A stretch of DNA of 64,000 bases from an uncultured Planctomycetaceae bacterium (GTDB lineage Bacteria; Planctomycetota; Planctomycetia; Planctomycetales; Planctomycetaceae): NCBI GenBank assembly GCA_963813715.1, contig CAWFAK010000008.1:160001-224000 (forward strand), read 5' to 3'. Below, piece after piece: positions 52,873-64,000 of the stretch. The notes beneath the pieces were generated by a model, which saw only the letters and a list, made by a program, of their open reading frames with translations, ran no database searches and had not been told where the DNA came from. Position 1 is the stretch's first letter. Every line of letters starts with the position of its first letter. The translations under genes and the position numbers were made by a program.

Positions 52873-53661
52873 ATGCGGCGAATTCTCGGGATCGGTTTCG
52901 GCGCGGCGACTCAGGCGGTGTTCCTGGTCACGCTCTGGCCGCTCTATTGCTTTCTGCGAAACGACTCGGCGGCCGCGCCGGCGGGGTCGCTCTGGTTCGA
53001 CGCGCTGCTCGCACTTGGTTTCGCCGTCCCACATAGCATCCTGCTCGCTCCTCCGACGCGAAAGTTGATCACCCGCTGGCTGCCCGGCGACTTGTACGGC
53101 TGCCTGTTCTGCCTGGTGACGTGCCTGTCACTGCTCGCGCAATTCTCGCTGTGGCGCGGCAGCTCGACCGTGGTTTGGGCGTGGCCCGCCGCGCTGCAGC
53201 CCGTGATTCGCGCCGCCTTTCTGGGCAGTTGGGGACTCACGTTTTACACCCTGTGGCTGACGGGGCTGCAATACCAGACAGGGATTGGCCCGTGGTGGCG
53301 TTGGGTCCGTCGGCAGCCGACGCCGCGACGCGAATTCGCTCCCCGCGGCGCGTATCTTTATCTACGCCATCCCGTCTATCTCAGCTTTTTGGGGCTGGTT
53401 TGGTTCACGCCCGTTTTAACCGCCGACCGCGTCGTGCTGATTTCCGTTTGGACGACCTACGTTTTCGTGGGCAGCTACCTGAAAGACCGACGGCTGGCGA
53501 ACTGTATCGGCGATCGTTATTTGCAATACCTGAGCGAGGTTCCGGCGTATCCATTTCTCGCCTGGAGTCCCAAGCCCCAGGGGCTGCTGCGCTTTGCCCC
53601 CGTTCGCGCGGAAAGCGACGAACGGTCCCTGAGCGATGAACTGCCGGCCAAGGCGGCGTGA
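52873..53661 (+). CDS. Membrane methyltransferase-like protein (ICMT/MddA/NnrU-like)
   Basis: Several TM helices, FAVPHS, Y.YLRHPVY, WFTP. Confidence 0.65.
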   Translation: MRRILGIGFGAATQAVFLVTLWPLYCFLRNDSAAAPAGSLWFDALLALGFAVPHSILLAPPTRKLITRWLPGDLYGCLFCLVTCLSLLAQFSLWRGSSTVVWAWPAALQPVIRAAFLGSWGLTFYTLWLTGLQYQTGIGPWWRWVRRQPTPRREFAPRGAYLYLRHPVYLSFLGLVWFTPVLTADRVVLISVWTTYVFVGSYLKDRRLANCIGDRYLQYLSEVPAYPFLAWSPKPQGLLRFAPVRAESDERSLSDELPAKAA

Positions 53662-53716
53662 AATTTCTCGAACGACTTTGGCCGCTCTGGGGGCTTGAGC
53701 CCCCGGAGTTTTTCGG

Positions 53717-54378
53717 TCACTCGCGCGTGCGTCCCATCCGTTCGCGCACGAGCGTTTCCAAACAGACAACCATTTCGTCAGGCGATAGGTGCGACGTATC
53801 GATGCGGATCGCATCGTCGGCCGGACGAAGCGGGGCCGTGTCGCGCGTTTGGTCTCGATTGTCCCGTTCGAGGATTTGCCGCAGCAGGTCCTCGACCGCA
53901 ATCGTCTCGCCCTGCTCTGCCAGCTCGATCTGTCGGCGGCGGGCTCGCTCGTTCGGGTCGGCCGTCAGATAGAACTTGCACTCCGCGAGCGGAAAGACGA
54001 CCGTTCCCTGGTCGCGCCCCTCGCTGACCACGTTGCGTCGCTCGGCCGCTTGGCGCTGCAGGCGGACCAGCTCGGTTCGCACCTCGGGAATGGCGGCCAC
54101 TTTCGACGCAGCGCTCGACACTTCCGGTGTGCGAATTGCCGCCGTTACGTCGCGCCCCCCGCGCGGACGACGGGACCGAGTGCCTCGATGTCAGCGGCGT
54201 GAGCCACCTGGACGACCTGTGCCACGTCGCCGATGTCGATCCCCCGCGAGAGCACTTCGAGCGCCACGGCCCGATACATGGCCCCCGTATCGAGAAAATC
54301 AAAGCCCAGCCGCTCCGCCAACCGGCGTGCTGCCGTGCTTTTTCCCGAACCGGCCGGGCCGTCGATCGTCACGATCAT
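53717..54378 (-). CDS. cmk: Cytidylate kinase (frameshift near 54150)
   Basis: [40 protein letters not shown]. Confidence 0.93.
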
Positions 54379-54422
54379 GTCGCACGCCACGTCATCGAGA
54401 GTTCCTGGCCGACATCACGCAG

Positions 54423-57330
54423 TCAGCCGAAGCGCAATTCCACATCGACGATCTCATAAGCGCCGACTTCGATCAACACGGCATCCTCGACGATGGGCAG
54501 TTCACTCAACGTCCGCCCCAGGAAGTCGCGGCGGCTGGCGCGGCTGGGAGTACGAAAACACTCCAGACGCACCGGCCGCTGCCGCCCCTCGGTTTCCGCG
54601 AGCCGGACGATAAATCCGTAACCGGCGTTTTTTGGCGGTGAAGGCTCGCCGTTCTCCGCCGGCAACTGATCAACGGCGACGGGCTCGGGCGCTTCGCTCG
54701 GTGCGGGGGGGCGAAACTGCAGGATCTGAACGTTCTTCGCGTTGACGTGAAACAGCCAGCCGCTGGCGCCAGCGACCGGCGGACCTGCCGACGATTCGAG
54801 TACGGTTGGGGGGACCAAAAAATTCATCGCGGCCTGCATGGGGTAGTCGGCGTCGATTGCCAGGCCGAAGCGGAACCGCCGCTCGGTCTCACCCGCCACG
54901 ATCAACAGGCTGTCGACCATCCGCGGCCCGGTCCGGCGATGAAAGGGCAAGCCCCCATTCAAAATGGTGATCCGCTGCGACTCGTTGGCGATCTCGAGGA
55001 AGTGCGGGCTCTCGAATCGCTCAAATTGCAGGCTGTGCGCGCCGCCGAGAACGCTCCGCGTCAACGTGGCGCCGCTGTCGTTCCAGGCAAAGCGGGAGGC
55101 GACATAATTGCTCCAGGGATCGCCGTCCGGCATCTTGACTGCGCGGAGCTCGATTTCCAGCTCGATCACTGGGCGTCCCCGCCAGAGCCGCACGGTCTGC
55201 TCGAACTCGGCCACGACCGATCCGTCCTGAGGATCGTTCAGCGATCCCGAGCTGACGACCTCGCCGAGCGCCGGGCCGCCTGAGGTGACTCTGCTCGACT
55301 TGCATCGCATCTGAGAATAAAACGTTCGCTCGGCCGGCTCGCCGTTCGGTCCCGCGACGACCCGCTCCCGCCCGAACCGGAGCGCCAATTGCTGACTCAG
55401 GCGGTTCGGCTTGCGGCCGAATTCCTTGATGTGGGAGATTCCGCCAGTGGCCTCGTTGATGTGCACCTCGATGAACTCGTTGCGGATCATCCGCTCTTCG
55501 GACATCAGGGATTTCGCGGCTCGCGGGCGTTCGGCCTGCGGATTGCGCGACGGCACCCACGTGTAGCCGCAAGCCGGCAGATCGAGTGTGACCTGCCGGT
55601 GCCCGCTGTCGTACTGCACGCTACGGATCGGAGCCTGCAAGGCTGGCGGGCTCTCGATTTTCGGCAACTCGACTGTGACCGTCCGATTAAACGACAGCGG
55701 ATTGAGAATCAGGTATCCCGGCTCGCCACGTCCCGCGAGGAACTTTTGGCTTAGACCGGCAGCCGAACGATGGAGCTGTGCGTCGAGGCGCTCATCGACC
55801 ACGGCCGCCGGCTCAGCGCCGACCTCTGGTAGATCGGGCCCGGCCGACTCGACTTGGTCTTCCAGCGCACTGATCTCATCCGATCCGATCGGCTGTTCAC
55901 CCAGAATGCCAGTAAGTGCCTGGAACTGCGCGGCGGCGTCGAAACGCGAGCGGCGGCGGAAATGCCGGCGAAAACGGCTGATGGGATCGCGTTCTTGAGC
56001 GGCCACCGCCTGGATCAAGAACGGCGAAAGGTATTCGGATTCCTGGAATCGCGAGTGGCGCCCCGAATCGTCCGCCTGCTCGAAGAATTGTCGAAAGGTT
56101 ACGAACCGCCCCAAGACCTGGCTTTGGGCGTGAATCCGTTCGAGATCGTGCCAGAACGGATTGCGCACCTCTGGCCAGCGGGCCCATACGATGGCCGCCG
56201 TCTGATCCTGCTGCATCGATTCGGCCAGACGCGACGGAAAGCGGAGAAAGCTGGCCGCACTGTCGACAGCCAGCGGTATTCGCGTCGTCGCGTCGAGCGT
56301 CGTGCCGTCGCAACCTTCCCAGCGGATGCGGCTCTCTTCGGTATCGGGATACAGCCCGTCGTCGAGGGCCACGTGCAGCGCGCCGCGAAAGCCGTTGCGA
56401 TCGAGAATCATTGGCAACAGTGTCGTCATTCCGTAGCGACGGCGCCCCCAGACGGTTGGTGAACTGCCGAGCATCCGCTGAAACGCGTCTCGCCCGCGCT
56501 CGAACTCCCCCAGAAACGTCGTGACCGGCACGAGCGGCACCGGTCGCTCGCTCCATTCACCGCCGACAACCTCCAATCGGCCCGCGCTGACGGCTTCACG
56601 GATTTGATCGATGAGCTGCGGCCGCTCGCGGGAAATTGCTTCGAGGTCGACGGCCGTGAGGAGCAGCATTCAGCGGCTTGGACGACGCAATCGTTCGCTC
56701 GAAATGGGCGTCGGCCAGCCGGGGAATCACCAAGCACAAATCGATCAGGTAGAACTCGACCGGATAAAACCGCTCACGGGCTTCGGTGAGGACGTCGAAG
56801 CAGTTCTTCAGCCGGCTCCTGGTTTCCTCGACATCGCCGGAGACGGCTGCGTTTGCCGCAGCGACCACTTCGCGCTCCAGGCGGCCGTCATCAAAGCCCT
56901 CGAAGTGGTGCATCCGTCGGCTGAGTATCTCAACCATCACCTTGGCGACGCCGAGAGCGAAGAAATCGGCGACCAGATCTTCGTCCAGGGGGACTGGCTC
57001 GAGCGGACTGAGGACGGCCTGCGCGAGGGCGCCGCGATCCACGAGTCCGACCACAACGGTCGCCCCGTCAGAGCGCGCCTGATCGATCCAGCCCGCCGGC
57101 ACCGTATCTTCGGAGGCCGGCGGGACAAGGATCAGGCACCCGGCGACGGAGGCGGGTGGGTCGTCGGCCCGGAGTTCACGGGGAAGCGATTTGCTGCTAC
57201 TCAGGACGGACGGATGCCAGGCGACGGCCACCGCGTTGAGGACCCCCGCGGCCTTATCGTCCGGCAAATCGGCGGGCAAGTCTTCGAGCCCGTGGCCGGG
57301 AAGCAAGATGACGACGTCGCGGTAATTCAT
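54423..57330 (-). CDS. Large conserved hypothetical protein, GH38 alpha-mannosidase-like architecture (frameshift near 56670)
   Basis: GRLEVVGGEW, W.G.DG, NPLSF.R, NEFIEV.I...TGGI, RLAETEG; metal/catalytic motifs not recognisable. Confidence 0.6.
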
Positions 57331-57810
57331 CGGGGGTCGCGATCATTCATGGAGGGTCGCCGTAATTCATTGCGTGCGGGTCGCGGTTATTTCTGACCGA
57401 ATGACGCAGCGGCTCCCCGGTCGGAGAGCCCATTGCATGTTCCCGGCGGAGGCCCGCACCCGAATTTGACGAATCTCGGGAACTTTTTGAAGCGGTGCCG
57501 GCGTCGAAGTTAGGCAGGTATCCGGCGGTGGTCCCCAGGAGACCAGCAGTTTTAAGGTCGAAGGCGTTGAGAGCGACAGTTGGACTGTATGGAGAAGCGT
57601 CCCGCGTCGAAAGCGACTTTTTGGCCAAGACTTGCGCTCGGGGGGGAGCGGACCTTATAATGACCGTCTCAGCATTTCTACAAACGGTCCGCATCGCAGG
57701 ACATGCTCGTTAGATCTTCCCAACTTCCTGTTCTGGGCTAAGTTAGGAAGACCAAGACTGAATTTCGTCTGAATTTGCGGGCGCCTCTTTTTTCTTATTA
57801 GAGGATCGGA

Positions 57811-60033
57811 ATGCCAGGTAAACCCGGAGCTTGGGGCGTTGATATTGGACAAGCCGGCCTGAAGGCGATCCGGCTGCAAATCAATGACGCCACCGAACAA
57901 GTCGTTGCCACGGCCTTCGACTATATCGCCCACCCGAAAATTCTCAGCCAGCCGGACGCCATCCCGGAAGAGCTGATCGCACAGGCCCTGGAAAAGTTCC
58001 TCAAGCAGAACGACATCGAGAACGATCTGCTGGCAATCAGCGTGCCGGGGCAGTCGGCCCTGGCCCGGTTCATCCAGCTGCCCCCCGTCGAGGCGAGCAA
58101 GGTCAGCGAGATCGTCAAGTACGAGGCTCGCCAGCAGATCCCTTTCGCCCTGGAAGACGTGGTTTGGGACTACCAGACCCTCGGCAAGGGGACCGAAGAG
58201 AGCGGTTTCCTGCTCGAGGCCGAAGTCGGTCTGTTCGCGATGAAGCGTGACCAGGTCAACAACCAGCTCCGCCCCTTCACCAACGCGCAGCTGGAAGTCG
58301 AGCTGATCCAAATCGCGCCGTTGGCCCTGTACAACTTCTTGAGCTTCGACCAACTGGGCATCCGTCTCGGAGACGAGACGGTCGCCATGGATTCGTACAC
58401 GATTTTGCTGGACATGGGTGCGGACAACACCATGCTTTTGGTCTCCAACGGCCAGAAGATTTGGATCCGCAACGTGCCGATCGGCGGTAATCATTTCACG
58501 CGGGCCCTGACGAAGGAGATGAAGCTCACCTTCGCGAAGGCCGAGCATCTCAAGTGCAACGCCACCAAGTCGCCCGATCCGCGGTCGGTGTTCCAGGCGC
58601 TGCGTCCGGTGTTCAACGATTACGTCTCGGAAATTCAGCGCTCGATCGGCTATTTCTCGAGCGTGAATCGCGAGGCGAAGATCTCCAAGGTGGTCGGGCT
58701 GGGGAACGGGTTCAAGCTGGCCGGCTTGCAGAAGTTCCTGCAGCAAAACCTGCAATACGAGGTCGAGCGAGTCGAGTCGTTCGACGCAATTACGACCGAC
58801 TCGTTCAAAGACGCCGCCTTGTTCGAGGAAAACATCCTCAGCTTCCCCGTCTGTTATGGCGTCGCTCTGCAGGCGCTCAAGCAGACGCGGATCCGCACGT
58901 CGCTCTTGCCGAAAGAGATTACCACGGCCCGGACCATTGCCCGCAAGAAGCCGTGGGCGGTGGGGGCGGCCGCCGTGCTGCTGGTGGGAGTGGCCGCTTC
59001 GGCCTTCGGGTACGCCCGCGTTTTCCAGTCGGTGGCGCCTAAGAGGTTTGATCCGGCGCTGAAGAAGATCGCCGACGTCATCAGTGCAACGAACGCGACC
59101 CATAAGACTTACGGCGAAGTGAGGACGGCCAACAAGAACGATTATGCCGGGGGCGAAAACCTGTTGCACGGGAGCGGCCAGCGGAATAACTGGCTGGAGC
59201 TCTACAAAGCGGTCGACGAGTGCCTGCCGGACGACAACGAAGAGCCCGACGTCCGCAAGCAGAACCGCGTGCGCATCTTCTCGCTGCAAGCTCGTTACAA
59301 GGCGGATCTCGGCGAGTGGTACAACGGCCTGAGCGCCAACGCGAAGGAATGGCTGGACGACAGCGAAAAGAAGACGGCGCCCACCGGAGCGGGATGGGTC
59401 GTACAACTCCGCGGGGAGCACATGCACGACGAGACGATGGGCACGAGGCGCGATGAAAAGGACCCCCGAGTCGAAATGACCGGCCGCGGTGCGGGCTGGC
59501 TGTACGATCACTTCGTCAAGCAGTTGCAACAGTGGGCCGTGCCGTCTCACAACGGTTCGGGCGAAGTTGGCGTACGCAAGATCGGAATTTCGTATGCCAC
59601 CATTGCCTACTGTCCGCCGCCGGACAGGGAACGGGGCGACCCGCTGGGCCGGATCCTGGCGGAACCAGGCCACGGAAACAGGGGCCGCGAAGACAAATGG
59701 GGCCGTAAGGGCAAGCGAGGCGGAATGAGCGGCTTCGGCCGGCGCGGTGGTGGAAGCGGCGGTGACGACGACGAAATCAGCATGGGTGGAATGGGTAGCG
59801 GGTTCGACTTCAAAAGGAAGGGCGACGATAGCCAGCTTCTGGGCGGCCATCCCGACGATACGAAGACTCCTAAGAGCATCGAGATGGAAGTGAATCACTT
59901 CGACGTCGAATTCATCTGGCGGCCAGACATGCGCCCGACGGCCGCGCCCACCACGGCACCGGCGAATACGGCGACGGCAGCGGTAACTCCGGCGAAAGCC
60001 GGTGCGCCGGCCGCCAGCCCGGCAAAGAAATAG
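57811..60033 (+). CDS. pilM: Type IV pilus assembly protein PilM with C-terminal TM and extension
   Basis: WGVDIGQ, YEARQQIPF, LDMGADNT, IGGNHFT, EIQRSIGYF. Confidence 0.9.
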   Translation: MPGKPGAWGVDIGQAGLKAIRLQINDATEQVVATAFDYIAHPKILSQPDAIPEELIAQALEKFLKQNDIENDLLAISVPGQSALARFIQLPPVEASKVSEIVKYEARQQIPFALEDVVWDYQTLGKGTEESGFLLEAEVGLFAMKRDQVNNQLRPFTNAQLEVELIQIAPLALYNFLSFDQLGIRLGDETVAMDSYTILLDMGADNTMLLVSNGQKIWIRNVPIGGNHFTRALTKEMKLTFAKAEHLKCNATKSPDPRSVFQALRPVFNDYVSEIQRSIGYFSSVNREAKISKVVGLGNGFKLAGLQKFLQQNLQYEVERVESFDAITTDSFKDAALFEENILSFPVCYGVALQALKQTRIRTSLLPKEITTARTIARKKPWAVGAAAVLLVGVAASAFGYARVFQSVAPKRFDPALKKIADVISATNATHKTYGEVRTANKNDYAGGENLLHGSGQRNNWLELYKAVDECLPDDNEEPDVRKQNRVRIFSLQARYKADLGEWYNGLSANAKEWLDDSEKKTAPTGAGWVVQLRGEHMHDETMGTRRDEKDPRVEMTGRGAGWLYDHFVKQLQQWAVPSHNGSGEVGVRKIGISYATIAYCPPPDRERGDPLGRILAEPGHGNRGREDKWGRKGKRGGMSGFGRRGGGSGGDDDEISMGGMGSGFDFKRKGDDSQLLGGHPDDTKTPKSIEMEVNHFDVEFIWRPDMRPTAAPTTAPANTATAAVTPAKAGAPAASPAKK

Positions 60034-60137
60034 GCCGTTTCGGGCCCCGTGACGGACAGACGGGCGACGGACAGACAACGACGTTGCTCTGTGCTTTGAT
60101 GAATAACAGAAAGATTGCTTGAGGACCTTGCAGAGCC

Positions 60138-61748
60138 ATGGACCAACTAAAAATCCTGATGGAACATCGTTTCTGGGTCTTAAGTGCGCTCGCCGTCTTG
60201 CTGCCCCCCATCGGCTGGTGGGTCAGCACGGGCGACATGGCGACGCAGACGGAAGCCCAAACGAAGAAGATCAACTCCCAGATCAAGGTTATGGACGACC
60301 GGACGAGTAAAGCCTCGACATATGCCAATCAGGAGTGGATCGATGGCGCAAAGAAGGTGAATGCGAGGCTGGCCACTTTCATCGGTGAGTCGCAAAAGAC
60401 GCTCTACAAGCACCAGCAGCCGTCGATGGTCTTTTGGCCGACGATCCGCAAGCCCCTGGAGGAATCGAAGGTCAAGTATCGCGGCGAGACCGCCCCCAAT
60501 CCCCAGGTCTTTCTGGATGCGCGGCGATTGTTCATTTCACGCTATACGGACATGTGGATGGACGAGGTCCTCAAAGTCATCGAGCCCTTCGACCTGGTGA
60601 CTGGAGACGGAAAGGTCTGGTGCTTAAATGACAACGGCGGAATCCCGATCATGAAGGCCCCGGTCGCGAGTTGGCAGCAACGCCAGATGATCGGCGCAGA
60701 TGAAATGTGGGCGGCCCAGGAGGATCTGTGGATGCTGCACGCTCTCATGAAGGCCGTGGCGCGCGTCAACGAGGGCTCGAGCAACATTGACAACGCCCGT
60801 ATCAAGCGATTGATTTCCGCCAAACTCCGCGGGGGCAGCCTCCTCGATCTGAATGATCGGCGCACCAAGAAGAAAGGGAACGCGGCCCCCGGCGGCGCAC
60901 CGGGCGGAGCGAGTGGCGGCGCGCCCTCCGGCGGTTTTGGTGGAATGGGTGGAATGATGGGCATGGGCCGCCTTGAGGCTGATCAGGGCCCCAAGGCTCA
61001 GCCGCTGATCGACCCGGACGATATCTTCGGTTCCGGCGAAGACGCCGGGGCGGCAGCAGCGCAGGCAACGACGAAGAAAAGAGGCATCGGCGATCCCGAG
61101 GGCGATACCCGCCCCTATGTCGAAACCGATCCCTCCAACCGTTGGCGCACTCGCGGTTTCATCTTGGACGTGGTGATGGACCACCAGGAGATTCCCAAGC
61201 TGCTGACGGTGTTGACCGAGTCGCCGTTTCCCGTGCAGATCTTCCAAGTCGAACATCTCCCCTTCGACAGCTCGAAAACCCACGTGAAATCGACTTTGAC
61301 CCTCGGGCCCGAAAACGCCGAGCAGCAAAAAATCGTGAAAAATAACGAGGAGCGTGTGGCGATGGCCATGAACCAGTCAAATCTGGCCGAAGTGCTGGTC
61401 GCCGGCACCTTCCTGCTCTATAACGAGCCGGCGAGCATGGCCGAACCCGCCCCGGCGGCAACCGGAGCCGGCACTGCTCCGCCGGCGACGAAAACGCCGC
61501 CTGGTGGAACAGCCGCTGCCAAGGGAGCACCGGTGGGATCACCGGCTCCGTCAAGCGGCGCGAAGCCGGCTTCGCCGACAACGCCCGCGCCCAAGTCGAG
61601 CCCGTCGTCGAACACGGCCACGCCGAGCAAGGGGGCGCCCGCTGCCGGCGGATCGACAACCGCCCCGACAAGTCCCAAACCGGGCGCAGCGACTCCCGCC
61701 GCTTCGGGTTCGACGGCTCCGAAGTCGGCCCAGCCGGCGAAATCCTGA
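60138..61748 (+). CDS. Hypothetical membrane-anchored protein in pilM operon
   Basis: N-terminal TM helix, AQEDLW motif, Gly/Met-rich insert, Pro/Ala-rich tail. Confidence 0.65.
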   Translation: MDQLKILMEHRFWVLSALAVLLPPIGWWVSTGDMATQTEAQTKKINSQIKVMDDRTSKASTYANQEWIDGAKKVNARLATFIGESQKTLYKHQQPSMVFWPTIRKPLEESKVKYRGETAPNPQVFLDARRLFISRYTDMWMDEVLKVIEPFDLVTGDGKVWCLNDNGGIPIMKAPVASWQQRQMIGADEMWAAQEDLWMLHALMKAVARVNEGSSNIDNARIKRLISAKLRGGSLLDLNDRRTKKKGNAAPGGAPGGASGGAPSGGFGGMGGMMGMGRLEADQGPKAQPLIDPDDIFGSGEDAGAAAAQATTKKRGIGDPEGDTRPYVETDPSNRWRTRGFILDVVMDHQEIPKLLTVLTESPFPVQIFQVEHLPFDSSKTHVKSTLTLGPENAEQQKIVKNNEERVAMAMNQSNLAEVLVAGTFLLYNEPASMAEPAPAATGAGTAPPATKTPPGGTAAAKGAPVGSPAPSSGAKPASPTTPAPKSSPSSNTATPSKGAPAAGGSTTAPTSPKPGAATPAASGSTAPKSAQPAKS

Positions 61749-61808
61749 TTCCGTCCGCTTTGTCACGATCGGTTCGTTCTTCGACAATTTGCCTGGATGC
61801 AGATCGCC

Positions 61809-64000
61809 ATGAAGGTCCCCAATCTCAAAACGCTCGACTATAAGCAACTCGGCATTGACCACGGCGAAAAGCTGGCAATCGCAATTGTGGGCCTGCTGTT
61901 GCTTTTCGTGTTGTGGACGACGAAATGGAGCCAGCCCATTGCGAAGGCTCCGACCGAGCTAATCGACCAGGCGGCGACGACCGAGGAAAAGATCAAGAAG
62001 CAAGCCTGGCCCGTGAGCGAGACCAAGGCCTTGAACACGGGGACGGACTTGAATGCCAAGGCCGTCGCGATGTTGAGCCCCCTGGAGTTCGCGCCCTGGC
62101 GCTGCCCGTTGCCATGAACAAGCCTTATCACCCGGATCGCACCCTGATCACCAAGCCCAAGTGGCTGGCCGTGCATGACCTGGTCGCCGACGCCCAGGAC
62201 GTCGATCTGGAAATGGATCCGAAGGTCGCGCGCTTTGACGATGGCTTCAAGAAACTCAAGAAGGAAGACACGTCCAAGGCTGAGAAAGCCAAGAAGGCCG
62301 AACAAGAGAAGAAGGACAAGGAAGCCGAAGAGAAAACGGAAGTCCCGGAGGATTCTGAAGCGCACCGGCGATGGCGGCGGTCCCGGATCCGGCGGGCTCG
62401 GCGGCCTGGGCGGCATGGGGGGCGGCCTCGGGCGCGGCGGCATGATGGGTGGCATGGGCCGCGGCAAGCGGGGCAAGGGCGGCGATAACGACCGCATTCC
62501 GAACACGGGGCGCGGCAAGGGCCGCAAATCGCGGAAGAAAGATGACGACACGCCGGTCGTCAAAACCGACAGCAAGCCGGTGCAAAAGCCGATCGGCCGC
62601 GGCTATCACGTCGTGTCGGTGCGGGGCATCTTCCCCCTCCGCGAACAAGTCGCTGAGCTGGTGCGTGCCATGGGCAACGGCATCACTCCGCACGACGCGC
62701 AAGAACTCATTCAGATGCACGACTTCAAACTCGAGCGGCAAACCGCCAAGCCAGGCCCTGATCCGTGGAGCGGCCCGTGGGAGCCGGTCGACCGGGAAGC
62801 GACGTTCGAGATGTTCCGCAACGACATCTACAGCTTCTCCCCCGAGCCCGTGTCGGACAACATCATCGACAACCACATTTGCATGCCTTTGCCGATTCGG
62901 TTGATCGGTGAGTGGGGGAAGCTGGCCACGCACAGACTCGTCAAGGAGTTCACACTCTCTCCGGATGAGGTGGAGGCGCAAGTCGAATACCAGCGCAAAA
63001 TCATCGCCAAGATGCAGGAAGAGGACAAAAAGAAGCACAAGGAGGATGACACGGGAGGCTTCGCCCCGTTCATGCGCAACACGCGGAAGGTCCAGCGGCG
63101 GGCCCAGAACCCCAACGGCCCAGACGCGGAAAGCAGCAAGCCGATTCAGCAGCAAATCCTGGATGACTTGGAAAAGGCGCCCAAGGACCGTCCGGACGAC
63201 GTGGCGATCAACGCCAAGCTGGCCGACTACATCGCCAAGCACGCCAGCCCGCAGGATCACTTGCTGCTCTTCCGCTACGTCGACTTCAATGTCGAGCCGG
63301 GGAAGTTTTATCGCTACCGGGTGAGGCTGGAAGTGGACAATCCCTTCCACAATCGTCATGCCGAAGAAGTCGCCGAGCCGTCAATCATCGAGAGGAAGTA
63401 TTGGGACACCGAGGTGAGCGAGCCGACGAAGCCGGTTTACGTTCCCGAACCGGCCCATTTCTACGTGATGCACGTCGTCGGCGACGCCGGACGCTCGTCG
63501 CTGCCGTGGGCCAAGGTCGATCTCTATCAATGGTTCGCCAGCACCGGAACCGTGGTCAACAAGGAGCTCATCGCGACGATAGGGCAGCTGGTCGGCGGGT
63601 TGCACCTGGCCAAGGTTTTGAACCCCGCGGAGAATACGGACGATACGGAGAAAGTTCCGTTCGTCACCAACGATGCCTTGGTTGACGTCGCGCCTGGCTT
63701 TTCGCTTATTCCCGAACTGCACAAAGACCTGATCAGTGAAATCGCCGCCGCTGAAACCAAGGACAAGAGCGAGCCGCAGGAGCACAAGGCGAGCGACAAG
63801 GAGAAACCGAATAAGGGCTCGATGGTGCCTGACGTGTTGGTCTTTGTCGATGGCAATGGCGCGCTCCGCGTGATCGATGGTCTCGACCAGCAGGAAGAGC
63901 ACCAAGACACCAAGAATCGCTACACGATTCAAAACGACCAGTATGACGAGTTGACCAAGCCCGACGAGGACAAGGCCGATCAGGGGCGGCCCGGAACTCG
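61809..64000 (+). CDS. Hypothetical membrane-anchored protein in pilM operon (frameshifted, runs off the window)
   Basis: HGEK + TM N-terminus; later LLFRYVDFNVEPGKFYRYRVRL; frame changes near 62105 and 62360. Confidence 0.6.

Overview
GC-rich bacterial chromosome segment, most likely a planctomycete (LEPR-XLL and PEP-CTERM surface proteins, HEAT-repeat/Tat-oxidoreductase/sulfatase block, long PilM, reduced murE-murF-mraY cluster). Many genes, including housekeeping ones (cmk, rluA, phrB), are split by small frameshifts, which points to uncorrected assembly indels. Core regions at about 0-19.8 kb and 34.2-64 kb flank an accessory region (about 19.8-34.2 kb) ending at tRNA-Leu(GAG). That region holds (i) a complete 3,742-bp IS4-family element with perfect 29-bp terminal inverted repeats and an 11-bp target duplication, carrying a small RHH-like regulator and an AAA+/DUF4143-like ATPase, and (ii) two decayed copies of the tRNA-Leu gene that break off at the same base, share a ~110-bp flank and bracket different cargo, with no integrase in view. 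Also notable: a membrane-anchored Swt1-like HEPN protein, a P450 with an atypical I-helix, an unannotated 40-aa hydrophobic ORF, and a type III PKS cluster with a divergent YceI/methyltransferase arm. All family assignments come from motif recognition by eye; no database search was run.
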